From assembly GCA_049287525.1 (NCBI GenBank), contig JBAQFZ010000059.1, forward strand, positions 3,045 to 67,044: a DNA stretch of 64,000 bases, given 5' to 3'. The notes beneath the pieces are model-generated. The model did not search any database and was not told the DNA's origin. It saw only the letters and a list, made by a program, of their open reading frames with translations. This document shows positions 56,565-64,000 of the stretch, piece by piece. The DNA is from Halobacteriota archaeon (GTDB lineage: Archaea > Halobacteriota > Syntropharchaeia > Alkanophagales > Methanospirareceae). A program made the translations under genes and the position numbers. Position 1 is the stretch's first letter. Every line of letters starts with the position of its first letter.

Positions 56565-57524
56565 ATGTATTATTTTGGGATTAAAAAGATGAGAAAAAGG
56601 GGAAAAATGGGAAGGAGTGTTTTAGCAGGTGGCATAGTTATCTGCATCGTAGCGGCTTTTATCAGCTCTTTGGCAATTCTAGTTCCGGCATTGGCTGCAT
56701 TGCAAGCAGAAGACACTGTGAAGGTCACCGTGAATGCACCTGAGTATGTAAACGGGACTTTTAATGCGAGCATAGATGTGGATAATATTACGGATTTCAA
56801 CTCAGGGCAATTCGACCTTTCCTTTAATTCAAGCGTGGTGAACGTAACTGGCGTAGGGGATGGTGAAATAGCGGGAGAAACGGTGCCGATATTCATGTGG
56901 GATTTCGTTAACGCAGACAAGGTGCGGGTGCTTGTCAGTATGCCAATGGGAGTAGGTTTAAATGGCTCAGGGCACTTAGCAGAAGTGGAGTTCGGGGTAA
57001 GAGGAGAAGAGGGAGATAGAAGCAAGCTGGACATTTCTGGTGGGCTGCTCGTGGATACCGAAGCGAAGGAGATAGAAGTGGAATGGTATCACGATGAAGT
57101 AACAGTTAAAATTAAAGCAGTTGTGTTTGATACGGGTGAAGGAACGTATCCAAGCATCTTTGGAACGCATGAAGGAACAATTACACCTGCTAAAGATATT
57201 TCCGTGCATAAGATGTACACATACCCATGCACAGGGACGGGTGGGCATTCTGAATATGTAAGGATTTGGAATGCCACATTGGATATGGATATAAGTGCTA
57301 CCTGGAAGGGCTATACCGGAAATTACCACAACATCGTTTTCCACGAACCATTCACACTATCCGCAGGAGAAACTTACAACTACACCATTAGAACAGGTTC
57401 TTATCCGCTGGTCCATCACACTGAAGAATTAGAATTAGACGGGGGAATGATGAGGTGCACAAAATTCACAGACGCAAATGGTCGCACTTTTAACGATTGG
57501 ATTCTGGCGATGAAACTCTGGTAA
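56565..57524 (+). CDS. secreted cohesin-domain protein with conserved C-terminal domain (paralogue of 22084..22986)
   Basis: Signal peptide. Cohesin VKVTVNAPEYVNGTFNASIDVDNITDFNSGQFDLSFNSSVVNVTGV...LAEVEFGV. The C-domain is shared with the 22084 protein. Confidence 0.68.
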   Translation: MYYFGIKKMRKRGKMGRSVLAGGIVICIVAAFISSLAILVPALAALQAEDTVKVTVNAPEYVNGTFNASIDVDNITDFNSGQFDLSFNSSVVNVTGVGDGEIAGETVPIFMWDFVNADKVRVLVSMPMGVGLNGSGHLAEVEFGVRGEEGDRSKLDISGGLLVDTEAKEIEVEWYHDEVTVKIKAVVFDTGEGTYPSIFGTHEGTITPAKDISVHKMYTYPCTGTGGHSEYVRIWNATLDMDISATWKGYTGNYHNIVFHEPFTLSAGETYNYTIRTGSYPLVHHTEELELDGGMMRCTKFTDANGRTFNDWILAMKLW

Positions 57525-57540
57525 GAGGTATGGAAGAGAG

Positions 57541-58446
57541 ATGAAGGAAGAAAGAAAGGATAGATGCGATAAGGAGGTAGGAAGAAGAGAAAGAAGTTGC
57601 AAAGGAACCTTGAAGTTGCCAATAGTGGCTAAAGCAGTTTTACTTGTCTTAATGGCAATAGCGGTTACGTCTCTCACGCTTGCTCCCGCAGCAGCACAGG
57701 AAGCAGATGTTACAGTTTCGGTTAATGCACCGGAATATGTAGAGGGAAATACTTTTGTCGCTACCATAGCAGTGGATAGTGTAACCGACTTCAATTCAGC
57801 ACAGTTCGACCTATCTTTTAATCCCGATGTTGTGAAGGTAAGCAATGTAAAGGAGGGGGAAATAAACGGAGAGAATATTCCGATTGTCATGTGGGTTTTA
57901 AACAATGATAAGGATACTGTGCGGGTGCTTGCAAGTCTGACAATTGGAGAAAGTGAGAGCGGCTCCGGGTACTTAGCAGAAGTGGAGTTCGAGGTAAAAG
58001 GAGAAGAGGGAGAGAAAAGCGAGTTAAACCTCTCTAACGGGGAACTTGTTAATGAGACCGGGAAAATAATGCTATCGAATTGGCATGGTGCTGAGGTAAC
58101 AATAGGTGTTACGCCTACACCAACGCCAGAAGAGGAGGAAGATGAAGAAGAAACTACGCCAACGCCTACACAGGAACCCGAAGTAACTCCTACACTTACG
58201 CCGGAAGCAAATATAACAGAACCAATAGTCACAACGCCTACGCCAACATTAGCACATGGTGTAACGCCATTGCAAGAAGCAACACCAGCGGTAAAAACAA
58301 CGCCAAAGCCAACAGCACCGCCAACCACTGAGGAAAAGCTAACGCCCACACCAACGCCAAAGCCTGCCGCTCCAGGATTCGAAGCTATGTTTGCAATAGC
58401 AGTGATGCTGGCAGTTGCGTATGTTTTCAAAAAAGTGGGAAGGTGA
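57541..58446 (+). CDS. scaffoldin-like surface protein: one cohesin domain, Thr/Pro/Glu-rich linker, PGF-CTERM archaeosortase anchor
   Basis: Cohesin ADVTVSVNAPEYVEGNTFVATIAVDSVTDFNSAQFDLSFNPDVVKV...YLAEVEFEVKG. Linker TPTPTPEEEEDEEETTPTPTQEPEVTPT.... C-terminus PAAPGFEAMFAIAVMLAVAYVFKKVGR (PGF, then TM, then basic tail). Confidence 0.7.
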   Translation: MKEERKDRCDKEVGRRERSCKGTLKLPIVAKAVLLVLMAIAVTSLTLAPAAAQEADVTVSVNAPEYVEGNTFVATIAVDSVTDFNSAQFDLSFNPDVVKVSNVKEGEINGENIPIVMWVLNNDKDTVRVLASLTIGESESGSGYLAEVEFEVKGEEGEKSELNLSNGELVNETGKIMLSNWHGAEVTIGVTPTPTPEEEEDEEETTPTPTQEPEVTPTLTPEANITEPIVTTPTPTLAHGVTPLQEATPAVKTTPKPTAPPTTEEKLTPTPTPKPAAPGFEAMFAIAVMLAVAYVFKKVGR

Positions 58447-59810
58447 TAAAGGGAAAAATGAAAAGCAAAACGAAAATATTAGAAATAGCAATCGTGCTGT
58501 GCCTGGTGCTGTTAGTTTCTATGTCTACCTTACCAGGAATTGCCGCTGATCAAAACCAGGAAATGCAAAAAGTAAGTGCAAGCGAGGTTACAGCAGTTTT
58601 AGAGATTTACGGCAACGCAAATGAAGACAATACCATTGACATGCGTGACTTCACCTACACGGCGAGAATAATCTGCTGGTTAGAAGAGGAAACGGATTTG
58701 GCAGATGCAAATTATGACGGAAGAATAAGCGTGGCTGATATGACGCAGATAGGGCTGATTATTCTCGGCAGGGAAAGTGAGCTTACGCTTAGTGATAGCG
58801 CAGATAGAACGGTGACGATATACAAGCCAGTTGAGCGAGTAGTTATCGCGTATTGGATCGATACCGCTGTGACGTTACAGGCACTAAAAGCCGAGGATAC
58901 CGTGGTTGGTGTTACTGATGTCATAAAAGACGAGACAATACTCTTCCCCGAGCTCAGCAAACTCCCAAGTGTTGGATCAGATCCCGATCCTGCTGCTCTC
59001 GATTTTGAGAAGATACTGGAGCTTCGACCCGATATGGTCTTTACAGGAGGTTCTTCAGCGAACCCAACCGCCTATGAAGAAATTGCACGAAGGATACATT
59101 CTGTAAATCCAGACATCGCAGTAATTTTCTTTACTTTCTGCGACCCGGTGCTTTACATCGAGGAAGTAAGAAAGACAGGATATATCTTTGATAGGAAAGA
59201 GGAAGCAGAAGAGCTTATTAAGTTCATTGAGGAACATCTAAATGAGATTAAGGAAAAGGTTAGTAACATCCCTGAAGATATGAGACCAAAAGTTTACTAT
59301 GAGTTTTTCTTTGATTACTACACGAGCGGTGAAGGAACAACCTTTGGCGGAGATATCGAAACGGCTGGTGGAAAAAATGTCTTTGATGACCTTTCAGGCT
59401 TCGGCTACTCGTTGATACCTATGGATCCTGAAGAAGTGATAAATCGCACCCCAGAAGTTATAATTCACCATGTGGGAGGGGCTTATGCTGGTCAAGTTGG
59501 TTGGGGAACAGATGATGTAACTGCACTGCGTGATAAAAGAGAAGAGATTATGAATCGCCCCGGATTTGCTGCTATTCCCGCAGTGAAGAGCGGAAGCGTT
59601 TACACGCTCGCATCTGATGTTGTACTCTCCCCACTCTATCCAGTGGGTATAGCGTATTATGCAAAGTGGTTCTATCCAGAGCTATTCGAGGATTTGGATC
59701 CAAATGCGATTCATCAGGAATACCTCACTAAGTTCCTCAGAATAGACTACGACTTGAGCAGGCACGGCGTATTCGTGTATCATCCAGAGCAGCATCCAGA
59801 TGGAAGGTGA
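58443..59810 (+). CDS. dockerin-fused ABC-type substrate-binding protein (class III, FecB/BtuF/FhuD-like)
   Basis: Signal peptide. Dockerin repeats IYGNANEDNTIDMRDFTYTARIICWL / ADANYDGRISVADMTQIGLIILG. Then an SBP fold (TVTIYKPVERVVIAYWIDTAVTLQALKAEDTVVGVT...LELRPDMVFTGG). Confidence 0.72.
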   Translation: MIKGKMKSKTKILEIAIVLCLVLLVSMSTLPGIAADQNQEMQKVSASEVTAVLEIYGNANEDNTIDMRDFTYTARIICWLEEETDLADANYDGRISVADMTQIGLIILGRESELTLSDSADRTVTIYKPVERVVIAYWIDTAVTLQALKAEDTVVGVTDVIKDETILFPELSKLPSVGSDPDPAALDFEKILELRPDMVFTGGSSANPTAYEEIARRIHSVNPDIAVIFFTFCDPVLYIEEVRKTGYIFDRKEEAEELIKFIEEHLNEIKEKVSNIPEDMRPKVYYEFFFDYYTSGEGTTFGGDIETAGGKNVFDDLSGFGYSLIPMDPEEVINRTPEVIIHHVGGAYAGQVGWGTDDVTALRDKREEIMNRPGFAAIPAVKSGSVYTLASDVVLSPLYPVGIAYYAKWFYPELFEDLDPNAIHQEYLTKFLRIDYDLSRHGVFVYHPEQHPDGR

Positions 59811-60035
59811 TAATATGCTAGTGGTAGATAGCAAGCAGGTAGTGAGATAGCATGAAAATAGAAAATATGTCCCTTATTATGTGGTGCAAATCCCCGAGGG
59901 GGCGAAACGATAGGAAAGAAAGCGAAGGTATAGATAAAAGAAAAGGAGGTGAAAAGTATGACCTACGAAGAGTTTATGGAAGCTGGCTGCTTCAGCAACC
60001 ACTAAATAAACCTATGTTTGTGGGTATTACAAAAA

Positions 60036-60082
60036 ACTGAAAAATCGGGTGGTGGGGTGTCTCCCACCCCCTTTTATTTAAA
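60036..60082 (+). terminator. GC-rich hairpin plus T-run between the SBP gene and the cyclase operon (terminator and/or promoter TATA)
   Basis: gggtggtgggg tgtct ccccaccc followed by ccttttatttaaag; ATG of the cyclase at 60103. Confidence 0.4.
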
Positions 60083-60102
60083 GATGAAAAGGGAATGCAC
60101 AA

Positions 60103-61806
60103 ATGGATATAATGAGTGTGATAGATAGATCGAGGGAATATTTAATTACAAAACAGAGACAAGACGGATCCATTTATGGTGAAGTTGAGTACAGCATTTG
60201 GCCTAGTGCAGCATATCTGCTATTATTAAATTATCTTGGAGTTCATCACGGGAGAAAAATGGATTTAATTGAATGGATTATTGACCATCAAAATGAAGAT
60301 GGAAGTTGGGGAGTTATAACAGACAAGTCTAATGGAGATTACCAAAATACACTAATGGGGTTAGCAGCTGTAAAGGCGTATATGGGCAGAGACAGAGCAG
60401 AGAGAGCAAGAGAATGGGTTCAAACATTTTCAGGTGACAAACTATTAACTCCTTTTACAGCAATCCTCCTTTCGACTAAGGAAGAAGATATAAGAATTCC
60501 AATTCCAATATATCTCACCTCAGTCAAATTTGGCAAAAATTTAGGTAAACTTCATATGATATTCCCGAAACTTTTTTCATGGAGTATTTTCTTTTATCCT
60601 CCATCATGGCTTGGAGAGGATATTCATCCTTCCTTTCAAATAATATCTGTGTTAAAGAGAAAAAAGGATAAGAAAAAACTAAATTATTTTGACAAAATGA
60701 TCGTTAATCGTGCTGAAAAAAAGCTTACCGAGTTGCAGTTAGAAAATGGTAGTTGGTCATGCCTGGCGTTATCTACAATGTGTGCGATATATGCACTTCA
60801 TGAATTGGATCATGACGTCGGCAGTGCACCAATCACCAAAGGATTACAGTTTCTTAGCAATTTAATGGGGCAAGAAGGCAATTTTAATTTGTTCCGACTG
60901 AAGGTATGGGAAACCTCCCTTGCAGTAATAGCGCTAACTGAAAGTGATATGCCTCCGGGCAATCCAATAATAATAGCAGGAAATTTCCTGATTAGAGCTC
61001 AAACAGAAAAAGGGGGGTGGTCATTTGACTTCCCCAGCAACGTACCCGATAATGACGACACTGCCTTATCCCTTTTAGCGCTAAACCGTATACCAATCGA
61101 ACAAAAAAGTAATGCAGTTAAGCATGGTATAGATTATCTCATAAGAATGCAAAATGATGACGGCGGTTGGGGTGCTTTTGACAGGAATCAGTGCCGTAAA
61201 GACCCCGGGAAAAAACCGCCTTTTGAATTGTTATGCCTAATGGATCCCAGTACTGCTGACGTAACCGGGCACGTTCTCCAGGCATTGAAGGATGTGGGTG
61301 GCTTAGATAAATCGTCAAAGATAATTAGAAAAGCGATCAAGTGGTTGAAGAATGATCAAATAAAATGTGGTGCGTGGTGGGGCAGATGGGGAATATGCTA
61401 CATATACGGTACAAGTCGAGTGTTACATGGGTTAAAAGCTGTTGGAGAAAACTTACATTCTGATTATATTTTAAAAGCTATAAGATGGATGCAAGAAATC
61501 CAAAATCCTGACGGTGGTTGGGGTGAAGATATTGCCAGTTCTCGCTCTAATGAGCCAATATTTGGTCCAAGCACTGTAGAACATACAAGTTGGGCCTTGT
61601 TAGCACTGATGGATGTAAATATTGACCTCCGCTCAGAAGTAATAAGGAGAGGGATAGACTTTTTATTAAAATCTCAAATGGAAGACGGGAACTTTCCAGG
61701 AGTGCATACTGCAGATGGTATAGATCCGGTAAAATACGAATTGTACTCTGTTATATTTCCGCTTTGGGCACTATCAAAGTTCCAAAAAATGATAGGAGGG
61801 AGTTAA
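60103..61806 (+). CDS. squalene-hopene-cyclase-like class II terpene cyclase (SQCY / prenyltransferase-squalene oxidase repeat protein) with DxDDTA catalytic motif
   Basis: Five or more QW-type repeats (HQNEDGSWGV, LQLENGSWSC, AQTEKGGWSFD, MQNDDGGWGAFD, IQNPDGGWGED). DNDDTA at 61048-61059. SHC-like N-terminus (REYLITKQRQDGSIYG...YLLLLNYLG). Confidence 0.75.
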   Translation: MDIMSVIDRSREYLITKQRQDGSIYGEVEYSIWPSAAYLLLLNYLGVHHGRKMDLIEWIIDHQNEDGSWGVITDKSNGDYQNTLMGLAAVKAYMGRDRAERAREWVQTFSGDKLLTPFTAILLSTKEEDIRIPIPIYLTSVKFGKNLGKLHMIFPKLFSWSIFFYPPSWLGEDIHPSFQIISVLKRKKDKKKLNYFDKMIVNRAEKKLTELQLENGSWSCLALSTMCAIYALHELDHDVGSAPITKGLQFLSNLMGQEGNFNLFRLKVWETSLAVIALTESDMPPGNPIIIAGNFLIRAQTEKGGWSFDFPSNVPDNDDTALSLLALNRIPIEQKSNAVKHGIDYLIRMQNDDGGWGAFDRNQCRKDPGKKPPFELLCLMDPSTADVTGHVLQALKDVGGLDKSSKIIRKAIKWLKNDQIKCGAWWGRWGICYIYGTSRVLHGLKAVGENLHSDYILKAIRWMQEIQNPDGGWGEDIASSRSNEPIFGPSTVEHTSWALLALMDVNIDLRSEVIRRGIDFLLKSQMEDGNFPGVHTADGIDPVKYELYSVIFPLWALSKFQKMIGGS

Positions 61807-62799
61807 ATGGAGTATACACCATTTTTATTGATATTTCATATAACAGGAAGATGCAATTTACAGTGTGCATACTGCTATGCAAGCTCATATGACCGGACAG
61901 ATTTAAAAATTGAGGTGGTACAGGATATATTATCACAAGCCGCCGAGTTTGACACCAGACATGTCATTTTAAGTGGTGGCGAACCTCTGCTTCATCCTGA
62001 TTTCTATGAGATTGTAGAATACGCAAAGGAACTTGGGCTGAAAGTTCATATAACATCAAATGGCACGATGATTGATGAAATTGCTGCTGAGAAATTAAAA
62101 TCACTTGATGCAAACGTTACAATCAGCCTTGATGGTTCCTGTGTTGAGGTCAATGATCCGTTACGTGGAGCGGGAACGTTCAAAATGGCAATGAACAGCA
62201 TTGATAATCTTGTCAACTCAGGCGTCTATACCTCAATGCGGATGACTCTGGTAAAGCAAAACGTCAATGATGTGCGTAATTACATAGAACTGGCTATGCA
62301 ACTCAATGTCAATAGATGCATAATTGAACGGGTGACAGGTATTATAGAAATTCCGCAGTCCATGGAATTAGAACCATCAATCGCTGATGTGCTCCGATCT
62401 TTTAAAATCATGTCAGAATACAGGAATGTGAATGGGTTCAATGTCGGATCAAATGATCCACTATGGTTATTATTTCGAAAAGATATAGTGGAAAAATACA
62501 AAAACAAAACACATATATGTGGTGGATGCGTTGCTGGAGTAACAACAATAACCGTTAATCCTGACCTTACGGTCACTCCTTGCCCCAGGTTACCAATTAC
62601 GGTCGGTAATTTAAAAGATGATTCACTGGGAGATATCTGGCACAATTCTGATGTTCTTCAAAACTTACGAGATAGGGATCTTTTCGAGGGTTGTTCATCC
62701 TGCAACTACAAATACATTTGTGGTGGTTGTAGAGGTGCAGCACACGCTCATGGGTCATATTTAGGTAAAGATCCACACTGCTGGAGGGTAAACAGATGA
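61807..62799 (+). CDS. radical SAM / SPASM-domain enzyme 1
   Basis: N-terminal CNLQCAYC with SGGEPLL. C-terminal Cys-rich SPASM (CGGCVAGV...CP...GCSSCNYKYICGGCRGAAH). Its ATG overlaps the cyclase stop (TAAATG). GGAGGG RBS. Confidence 0.8.
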   Translation: MEYTPFLLIFHITGRCNLQCAYCYASSYDRTDLKIEVVQDILSQAAEFDTRHVILSGGEPLLHPDFYEIVEYAKELGLKVHITSNGTMIDEIAAEKLKSLDANVTISLDGSCVEVNDPLRGAGTFKMAMNSIDNLVNSGVYTSMRMTLVKQNVNDVRNYIELAMQLNVNRCIIERVTGIIEIPQSMELEPSIADVLRSFKIMSEYRNVNGFNVGSNDPLWLLFRKDIVEKYKNKTHICGGCVAGVTTITVNPDLTVTPCPRLPITVGNLKDDSLGDIWHNSDVLQNLRDRDLFEGCSSCNYKYICGGCRGAAHAHGSYLGKDPHCWRVNR

Positions 62800-63764
62800 A
62801 ATGCGTACTGTTAGTCACTGAATCATGTAATCTGAGATGTAAATACTGTTATATCAGCGCTGGCGAAAATAATGCGCCACTTGCACCAACGCAGCATATA
62901 ATGCATATTATTGACCTGCTGGATACAATTGGCATAAAAAAGTTAATCATCGGCGGAGGAGAGCCTCTCTTAAGAGAGGATATATTTGACATTTTAGATA
63001 AAGCTACTGCAAGAATGCCCACGCATTTACTAACAAATGGAACGTTGATAAACGAAAAAACAGCAAAAAAAATGGCTTTGAGTGGAATAGATGGTGTGAG
63101 CATTAGCCTGGACTCTCCTATGCCAAAAGTCCATGATGAACTTAGAGATGGGTCATTCACCTCGGTTATCAATGGTATAAAACTTTGTGTAAAAGAGGGG
63201 CTGAATGTTGACGTAGCGGCGTGTGTGACTACGAAAAACTTTGATTATGCACTGGATTTAATACTTTTTGCTGAAAATATTGGTGCCACTTCAATCACTT
63301 TTGAAGGCTTAAATCCCGTTGGGAGAGGAAAAGATTGTGCAAACTTAGCATTAACAGCAAGACAAACAGATACATTTTTACAAACTATATATGAGATACT
63401 ACATGATATAAAGCCGAACATTAAAGTAGTAGTATTTGACCCACAATGGGTCAGATGGGACCGTAGTGCAATGGGTTGTGAAGTAGGAAAAACCTTCTTC
63501 GGATTGCGCTCGAATGGTGACATACTTCCATGCACTAATCTCCCTATAACCTTGGGGAACATATTAGAAGATGACTTCTCAGCTATATGGAACTGCGAAA
63601 TGATGAATGCCCTCCGCACGAAGCGAAATGGCGGCTGCAATACATGTCAATATCGAGACCGATGTGGTGGATGTCGAAGTAAAGCGTATGCTGCGGGGGA
63701 TATATTTGGAAGTGATCCATCATGTTCGCAGGCACCGGAAGAGGAGGAGGTGAGGCAATGGTAA
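62796..63764 (+). CDS. radical SAM / SPASM-domain enzyme 2
   Basis: CNLRCKYC, GGGEPLL. C-terminal CEVG...C...GCNTCQYRDRCGGCRSKAYA. Start overlaps the upstream stop (ATGA). Confidence 0.8.
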   Translation: MKCVLLVTESCNLRCKYCYISAGENNAPLAPTQHIMHIIDLLDTIGIKKLIIGGGEPLLREDIFDILDKATARMPTHLLTNGTLINEKTAKKMALSGIDGVSISLDSPMPKVHDELRDGSFTSVINGIKLCVKEGLNVDVAACVTTKNFDYALDLILFAENIGATSITFEGLNPVGRGKDCANLALTARQTDTFLQTIYEILHDIKPNIKVVVFDPQWVRWDRSAMGCEVGKTFFGLRSNGDILPCTNLPITLGNILEDDFSAIWNCEMMNALRTKRNGGCNTCQYRDRCGGCRSKAYAAGDIFGSDPSCSQAPEEEEVRQW

Positions 63765-64000
63765 AACGCTTAGCAAAATTGGCAAAATTCATAGAGCTGC
63801 CTCGACCGCCATTGCTTGTTGTTCCTGCCGCTTTAGGAACTTGTGGGGTATTCCTTTCTTGTGCGGATTCGAATTTCATTGCACTGATACTTGGAGCGTT
63901 AATTCCAGGTTTAGCCTGGGCTGGCGGGCTAGTATTCAATGACTATTTCGATATAAAATCCGATATAATAAGATATCCAGAAAGACCGATTGCTTCAGGC
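63758..64000 (+). CDS. UbiA-family aromatic/isoprenoid prenyltransferase (5' partial; continues beyond the window end)
   Basis: Not in the ORF track because no stop lies inside the window. Translation: MVKRLAKLAKFIELPRPPLLVVPAALGTCGVFLSCADSNFIALILGALIPGLAWAGGLVFNDYFDIKSDIIRYPERPIASG. Contains the first Asp-rich motif NDYFDIKSD. The ATG overlaps the upstream stop (ATGGTAA). Strong GGAGGAGGTGAGG RBS. Confidence 0.65.
   Translation, partial: MVKRLAKLAKFIELPRPPLLVVPAALGTCGVFLSCADSNFIALILGALIPGLAWAGGLVFNDYFDIKSDIIRYPERPIASG

Noticed and set aside
59852-60040. 62-aa ORF upstream of the cyclase as a possible RiPP precursor peptide for the rSAM/SPASM enzymes
   Set aside because: It has no RBS and no leader-like or Cys/Gly-rich core; its basic, low-complexity sequence (MKIENMSLIMWCKSPRGRNDRKESEG...) reads like a random ORF, and it is separated from the operon by a terminator-like hairpin.
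61807-63764. Reading the two rSAM/SPASM genes as AhbC/AhbD (alternative heme pathway, NirJ-like), or as anaerobic sulfatase-maturase-type enzymes
   Set aside because: This is not excluded, because sequence alone cannot discriminate within the SPASM family. However, tight translational coupling to an SHC-like cyclase and a UbiA prenyltransferase argues for an isoprenoid-linked role. I kept it as an explicit refutation test rather than as the call.

Overview
The window is an archaeal chromosome segment, probably from an F420-using methanogen or methanotroph-type euryarchaeon. Supporting genes are cofE, FrhB/FpoF-family genes, Alba, aglB, a PGF-CTERM protein, archaeal-type tRNAs and a 5S rRNA.

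Positions 1-34,000 are a dense housekeeping core: pfdB, purD, glyA, pyrB, albA, hisI, the ftsZ-secE-spt5 block, larC, polX, a DEAD-box helicase, aroD, cofE, mtnP, ABCE1, pckG and gatE, plus three tRNAs (Leu-GAG, His-GUG, Trp-CCA) and a standalone 5S rRNA.

Positions 35,000-50,100 are a minus-strand cell-surface gene island. It holds paralogous secreted proteins, CARDB repeats, dockerin-bearing enzymes (a papain-like protease, a beta-helix protein and a cohesin+dockerin adaptor), a conserved ~83-nt leader element, and a decayed duplicate of one gene with its promoter.

Positions 50,100-53,700 are a mobile-element scar: IS1634-like and IS66 transposase remnants, a NucS-like nuclease and a PIN/UPF0175 toxin-antitoxin pair.

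After that come aglB, a TrmB-family regulator, two cohesin-domain proteins (one is a PGF-CTERM-anchored scaffoldin-like protein) and a dockerin-fused solute-binding protein.

The window ends with a translationally coupled four-gene operon: a squalene-hopene-cyclase-like class II terpene cyclase with a DxDDTA motif, two radical-SAM/SPASM enzymes, and a UbiA prenyltransferase (partial at the window edge). This operon is the most likely candidate for an undescribed isoprenoid or lipid modification system.

All calls come from reading the sequence and the ORF translations by eye. No database searches were run, and coordinates may be off by a few nucleotides.
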